This document shows positions 59,186-64,000 of a stretch of 64,000 bases of DNA, one piece after another. The position numbers were made by a program, and so were the translations under genes. The DNA is from an uncultured delta proteobacterium. GTDB taxonomy: Bacteria; Desulfobacterota; Binatia; Binatales; Binataceae. The stretch lies in assembly GCA_963794325.1 (NCBI GenBank), contig CAWCDG010000005.1, forward strand, positions 256,001 through 320,000, in the 5' to 3' direction. The notes below the pieces were generated by a model that ran no database searches, was not told the DNA's origin, and was given only the letters and a program-made list of their open reading frames with translations. Each line of letters begins with the position of its first letter. Position 1 is the stretch's first letter.

Positions 59186-59887
59186 TTAGCGGGAGCGTCG
59201 CCGCGGCTGACGATTTATCGCGAGCATCGGGCCCGTCGCGACGCCGAACATGAATCCTCCGACATGCGCCCACCACGCGACACCGCCCATCGCGGCTTCG
59301 CCTCCGCTTTGCGCGAGGCCCGCATATAGCTGAACCGCAAACCAGAACAGCAGGTAGACGACCGCCGGAATCTCAATGAACTGGATAAAAATGAAAATCG
59401 GCAGAATCGTCAGGATGCGTCCGCGCGGATAGAAAATGAAATACGCGCCGAGCACGCCGGCAATCGCACCGCTCGCGCCGATCACCGGCACAGTGGATTC
59501 GGGCGCAATCCATACCGTCGCGAGTGCCGCTGCGATTCCCGCGGCAAAATAAAAAATCAGGTAGCGCACCGATCCCAGCCGATACTCGACGGCAGCGCCG
59601 AAGATGAACAGATAGAGCATATTGCCCGCGATGTGCAGTACGCCGCCGTGGATGAACATCGAGCTAACCGGGGTTATCAAGGGCTCGAGCGCGCCGACGC
59701 CACGAGGCATGCCCCCGGAGAGCGCTTGCGTTGTTAGGGCCGGAACCAATGCGAATCGGTGCACGAAAATCGCGAGACGCGGGCCTAGCAATAGTTCGTA
59801 AACGAATACCGCGATATTCGCGGCTATCAGCGCTATGTTGACCGGCGTCAGCCGGCGCAGCGCGGCATTATCACGAAGCGGAATCAT
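59186..59887 (-). CDS. Rhomboid intramembrane serine protease
   Basis: MIPLRD, HIAGNM, GASGAIAG, AHVGGF. Confidence 0.93.
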   Translation of the reverse strand: MIPLRDNAALRRLTPVNIALIAANIAVFVYELLLGPRLAIFVHRFALVPALTTQALSGGMPRGVGALEPLITPVSSMFIHGGVLHIAGNMLYLFIFGAAVEYRLGSVRYLIFYFAAGIAAALATVWIAPESTVPVIGASGAIAGVLGAYFIFYPRGRILTILPIFIFIQFIEIPAVVYLLFWFAVQLYAGLAQSGGEAAMGGVAWWAHVGGFMFGVATGPMLAINRQPRRRSR

Positions 59888-60117
59888 CAGGGTAGACCGG
59901 CCGAGCAATACTACCGGCGTGCGGCAGCCCGGCGCGAGACGGTGCAGTCAAAGGGTTCGCGAAATTTTCTCATGCGGGGGCGCCCTGATCTTTCTCGCTT
60001 GAGCGAGACTTCATCGTATGCGACAAAGGTGGGCGGGTCGCTCGTCTTCCTCGAACGCGATCCGCGATCGCGACCCGCTGATTGGCGGACGCGAATCTTC
60101 TAACGGAGGTTTTGTTC

Positions 60118-60843
60118 ATGGAAGTTGTTTCCAGTGAAGTGTCGATTCTAACCGGCGCCGAGAAGATGCCTGCGCATCTCGCGCGCCCGGCGTCCGGCGG
60201 TCCTTATCCAGCACTGGTTGTCGTGATGGAGGCGTTCGGCCTCAACGATCAGATCAAGCGCATCACCAATCAATTCGCATCCGAAGGCTTCGTCGCCATC
60301 TCGCCGAATCTTTATTTTCGCCAGCCCAACAACGTCGTCGGCTACAACGATTTGCCCGGCGCGTTTCGCCTGATGGGCTCGATCAACGACGATCAAATCG
60401 TCGCCGACATGGGCGCCGCGATCGATCACCTGAAAGCCATGAAGGAAGTGAAGCCGTCGTTCGGCACCACAGGATTCTGCATGGGCGGACGCGTCTGTTT
60501 CTTGACCGCATGCCGCAATCCCGCTGTCAGAGCCACCGCGCCATACTACGGCGGCGGGATCGTCAAGTCGCGACAGCCGAACGTCAAACCGCCGATCGAA
60601 TACGTCGACGGGCTCAAAGCCCCGGTGCTGGCCTTCTTCGGCGGCAAGGACGCTTTCATTCCGATCACCGAAGTCGATGAATTTCGCGACGCCCTGAAGA
60701 AAGCCGGCAAGCCGGCCGAAGTGGTCTTCTACCCCGACGCCGACCATGGCTTCATGTGCGACGATCGGCCGTCGTTCCATCCCGTGCATTCCAAGGAAGC
60801 GTGGGCGCGCACTATCGCGTTCTTCAAAGAGTACCTGGGCTGA
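60118..60843 (+). CDS. Dienelactone hydrolase family protein
   Basis: EAFGLN, GFCMGG, D, HGF. Confidence 0.93.
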   Translation: MEVVSSEVSILTGAEKMPAHLARPASGGPYPALVVVMEAFGLNDQIKRITNQFASEGFVAISPNLYFRQPNNVVGYNDLPGAFRLMGSINDDQIVADMGAAIDHLKAMKEVKPSFGTTGFCMGGRVCFLTACRNPAVRATAPYYGGGIVKSRQPNVKPPIEYVDGLKAPVLAFFGGKDAFIPITEVDEFRDALKKAGKPAEVVFYPDADHGFMCDDRPSFHPVHSKEAWARTIAFFKEYLG

Positions 60844-60887
60844 AACTGCGTGGTTGTATTTTCTTGAAATCGATGCGGCGGGCCGGT

Positions 60888-61328
60888 ATGCGCCGGCCCG
60901 CCTTTTTTCTTGCAGTGGCGATTGCCATCATGGCGGCCGGCGGATGCTACTCGTCGGACTATCGCCGCACGATGGCCGCGAACGTGTCGCTGCTGTCCGA
61001 TATGTCCGACAAGCTGGCAGACTACTGCCGCACGTTTTTCAAGCTCGACGATCGTCAACTGTCATCCGAAGAGATGGGCGAGTTCTATTACGCCTTCAAC
61101 AAGGCGAACGCGTTCTCATCGGCAACGCCGCGCGAAGTGTCGCGGCCATCGCACCGCGATTTCGTCAAGCTTCTGAACGCTTACGAGAAATTCGCGCACG
61201 CTGCCGACGAGTACCGCCTCAACGGCAAGTCCGACCCCGCGATACTCGCGTCGTTGCTCTCGCAACACGCCCAAGTCCGCCACCTCGCCGGCAAAGTCAC
61301 CGAAGATTTGAAGAACGAGCCCGACTGA
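60888..61328 (+). CDS. Hypothetical lipoprotein
   Basis: MRRPAFFLAVAIAIMAAGGC lipobox-like signal; GC3-rich codon pattern. Confidence 0.65.
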   Translation: MRRPAFFLAVAIAIMAAGGCYSSDYRRTMAANVSLLSDMSDKLADYCRTFFKLDDRQLSSEEMGEFYYAFNKANAFSSATPREVSRPSHRDFVKLLNAYEKFAHAADEYRLNGKSDPAILASLLSQHAQVRHLAGKVTEDLKNEPD

Positions 61329-61331
61329 CGC

Positions 61332-62012
61332 TCAGCCCTTCCAGTGCTGACCGTACTTGTCGAGGTACGCGACCTCGCTCACCGGCCTGCGCTTGATCGG
61401 TCCGAATTTTCCCTGCGGATATCCGATCGGCATCAGCGCGTAGGTCATCACTTCCGGCGGCAGCCCGAGTATCTGTTTCACCTCGTCCTCGAAGAAAGTG
61501 TGAATCGTGGTCAGCACCGTGCCGAGGCCCAGTCCGCGGCACGCGAGGATGATATTCTGCACGGCAGGATAGATACTCGAACCCGAGATTCGCGCCTGGC
61601 TCTTCATCGCGGCAGCCACCTCGGGTGGAAGCTTGGGCGGCGCGCCCGTCATCGGAACCTGCTTCAGGCATACGAGCAGCAGCACGGGCGCATCGGCCAT
61701 GTGATCGATCAGGTAGTACGCCGACGCCATGAGTTTCTTGTAGGTGTCCTCGGTCATGTGCTCGGGCTTGACGCGGTCGGTGTAGAGCGCCTTCAGGATC
61801 GCACCGCCCTTTTGATAGACCGCGCCAATCTTCTTGCGTTGCGCCGCATCCTTGATAACCACGAACTCCCAACTCTGCTGATTGCTGCCCGACGGCGCGC
61901 GAATCGCCGCGTCGAGCACCTTGGTGATCACATCGTCGGGGACCGGATCGGGCTTGAAGCGCCGAAGCGACCGCGCCGAGTAAATTGCGTCGAAAAGTCC
62001 TATCTCTGCCAT
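61332..62012 (-). CDS. Nitroreductase family protein
   Basis: RSLRRF, APSGSNQQSW, QNIILACRGLGLG, PIGYP. Confidence 0.93.
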   Translation of the reverse strand: MAEIGLFDAIYSARSLRRFKPDPVPDDVITKVLDAAIRAPSGSNQQSWEFVVIKDAAQRKKIGAVYQKGGAILKALYTDRVKPEHMTEDTYKKLMASAYYLIDHMADAPVLLLVCLKQVPMTGAPPKLPPEVAAAMKSQARISGSSIYPAVQNIILACRGLGLGTVLTTIHTFFEDEVKQILGLPPEVMTYALMPIGYPQGKFGPIKRRPVSEVAYLDKYGQHWKG

Positions 62013-62151
62013 TGTCAAAACTCCTGCTTTGGATTTGTGCTCATCCGCGAGAATGCATCGCGCGGTGAAAAAAGAAAAGCAGCCGTGCGATCCCGATCGA
62101 TCGCCCAGCCGCTTCTTTCAATCGTCGAATCGGTAGCGCGCTAGTGCCCGC

Positions 62152-62721
62152 TCACACCGGCGTGCGATTCGCTTTCGGCGAGGACTGAGGACCCATCAGC
62201 ATCTGGTGGACTTTCTTCGCGTCCTCCGGATTGGTCACCATCGGCCCCGGCTGATCATGATGCCTCATCACCTTGTCTTCCGCGGTGAACGCGCGAACCG
62301 TCGTGCAATATTCGAGCAGCAGCCCGTTCGGGTCGCGGAAGTAGATCGAGCGGCACCATTCATGATCGACCACCGGCGTCACATCGACACCTTTGCCGAT
62401 CAGTTCCTCGCGCTTCGCCTCGAGCTCCTTCACGTCGTCGCAATGAAACGCGAAATGATAGAACGCGCCCGGCAATCCCTGCGCGCTATTGATGTCGGTC
62501 GCCCACTCGGTCGGCACGCCCGGCACTTTTTCCGGACACATGAACGCCACCAGGCTGCCGTCGCCGGTGTTGAGAAAGACGTGTTTGATCTTGCCCTCGC
62601 CCGCCGTCTCGATAATATCCGCCCACGCCACTTCCCAGCCAAGTTTCGTAGTGTAGAACTCGACCGTGCGATCGATATCGAGAGTGGCCAAACCCAGATG
62701 ATGGACGCCCGTGCGTTTCAT
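62152..62721 (-). CDS. VOC/glyoxalase family protein
   Basis: HHLGL..FY..LG, HFAF, SIYFRDPNGLLLE. Confidence 0.92.
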   Translation of the reverse strand: MKRTGVHHLGLATLDIDRTVEFYTTKLGWEVAWADIIETAGEGKIKHVFLNTGDGSLVAFMCPEKVPGVPTEWATDINSAQGLPGAFYHFAFHCDDVKELEAKREELIGKGVDVTPVVDHEWCRSIYFRDPNGLLLEYCTTVRAFTAEDKVMRHHDQPGPMVTNPEDAKKVHQMLMGPQSSPKANRTPV

Positions 62722-62751
62722 AGCCGCGCCTCCTGTCGCCGATCGTCGCCA

Positions 62752-62826
62752 GAACGATCGTTCAATTCGATTCGATTACTAACACGGCGCCGCCAATACT
62801 TAAAGCCTCCGGAACGATCGTTCAAT
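62752..62826. promoter_or_regulatory. Two identical palindromic operators
   Basis: GAACGATCGTTCAAT at 62752 and 62812, exactly 60 bp apart, upstream of the VOC gene. Confidence 0.7.
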
Positions 62827-62843
62827 CGTTACGAGTGAACGCC

Positions 62844-63530
62844 TCACTCGATGCACTGATTCCATGTCTGCGAGGGCGCGTTGTTGTAGTTGAACCTGAC
62901 GCATGCGATCGACGCGCAAGCATTGACCAAATCCGCCGTCGGCGGCACGTTGGCATTCTTCATCAGCCACAGATTCAGCTCGTTGACCATCTGCGGGCCG
63001 AGCCCGTTCAGCTCCGGCACAACCACGATGTAGAGCGCATCCTCCTGGCGGCGCGCCGTCGACCATGATCCCGGATGCGCGATGGACGGAAATGCCTGCA
63101 TCCTGCGATGCGTCGTTGGACCTTCGACCACCTTCCAGTTGTCGGCAATCTCGACAGCGAGATGACGCGGGAACTCGTTGATCAGATCGCCAACGTCGGT
63201 GTCCCCGGGCGGCTCGACGCCAACCGCACAGGCACGAACCTCGCCCCAGTAGCGATCGATCGCGTCCGCCGCCGCCTTCTTCGACGCGTCGGTCTTATAC
63301 TGCCCGTTAGTCTTGACGCGAATTCCGGTAGCGGTGACCAAATCAGCCGCAAATTCCGATGACGACAACTCAAGCGGCCGCTTCTCGACCTCAGCAGCCG
63401 CGCCGGTGTTCTCGGGAGTATACGTAGACTGCGTCGCGCAGCCGATCAGCATGGTCGCGACTGCGATCGCGAAGACGGCCACCGAAACGCTCCGCACCGC
63501 CCCATCCACCACCACTCGTGCCACTCGCAT
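62844..63530 (-). CDS. Hypothetical lipoprotein
   Basis: Hydrophobic N-terminus ending LIGC; follows the CoA-transferase stop closely. Confidence 0.6.
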   Translation of the reverse strand: MRVARVVVDGAVRSVSVAVFAIAVATMLIGCATQSTYTPENTGAAAEVEKRPLELSSSEFAADLVTATGIRVKTNGQYKTDASKKAAADAIDRYWGEVRACAVGVEPPGDTDVGDLINEFPRHLAVEIADNWKVVEGPTTHRRMQAFPSIAHPGSWSTARRQEDALYIVVVPELNGLGPQMVNELNLWLMKNANVPPTADLVNACASIACVRFNYNNAPSQTWNQCIE

Positions 63531-63535
63531 CCGAC

Positions 63536-64000
63536 TCAGATGACTCCGTCTCGCTTGAGGCGTTCCAGTTCGTCCGCGCTGATTCCGATCGATGCAAGCA
63601 CTTCACTGGTGTGTTCGCCCAGCTCGGGAGGCCTTCTCATTGGCCTCTCGCTGTCGGGCGCGTCGGACATTTTTATTGGAGTGCCTGCGACGCGGATTTT
63701 GCCGCGGGTCGGATAGTCGCTGTCGATTAGCATTCGGCGCTGCGCGGTCTCGGGATCTGCAATCACTTCCTCGATCGTACGCACTGGTGCGCATGGGATT
63801 CCTGCTTCGATCAGTCCTTCGACCATCGCATCGCGCGGTTGCGAGCCGGTCCACTCGGCGACGAGCGCGTCGAGTTCGTCGGCGATCTTGAGGCGCGCTC
63901 CGTGATTTTTGCATCGCGGATCGGCGATGAGTTCTTCGTGTCCCATCAATTTCGCCAGCGTGCGCCAATGCGCCTCGGTCAGACAGAAAATCAGAATCTC
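63536..64000 (-). CDS. CaiB/BaiF (family III) CoA-transferase, 3' part
   Basis: DPR....R, GIPCAPV, P.KMS, PPELGEHT..VL; open to the window end. Confidence 0.88.
   Translation of the reverse strand, partial: EILIFCLTEAHWRTLAKLMGHEELIADPRCKNHGARLKIADELDALVAEWTGSQPRDAMVEGLIEAGIPCAPVRTIEEVIADPETAQRRMLIDSDYPTRGKIRVAGTPIKMSDAPDSERPMRRPPELGEHTSEVLASIGISADELERLKRDGVI

Overview
High-GC bacterial chromosomal window. Gene content and order suggest a deltaproteobacteria-like organism such as Binatota; this is an inference only. Most of it is housekeeping and metabolism: mfd, ldcA/SxxK hydrolase/mpl, folD, gcvT-PA-PB, mobA, mutS, amidase-glnD-xerD-S2P-scpAB, dnaB and many oxidoreductases. No tRNA, rRNA or CRISPR array was seen. 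The standout locus is 5256-8975: a sigma70 promoter, an exosortase-CPBP(CAAX) protease fusion (XrtE/VPEID-CTERM-like), a translationally coupled fatty-acid hydroxylase/desaturase, and four tandem 60-62 aa genes. Each small gene encodes a signal peptide, a 3-5 residue variable core and an APELD-TM-basic sorting tail, which suggests a RiPP-like or lipopeptide micro-peptide system. Other unannotated signals are a complete leader-peptide attenuator (MKVTLIHINQPPTG) before an MFS pump, a disrupted nucleotidyltransferase + TIM-barrel module, an IS1-like remnant with cargo, several structured repeats and twin palindromic operators. Several single-base frameshifts, including one in gcvT, suggest assembly indel errors. 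All calls are from motif recognition by eye; no searches were run.
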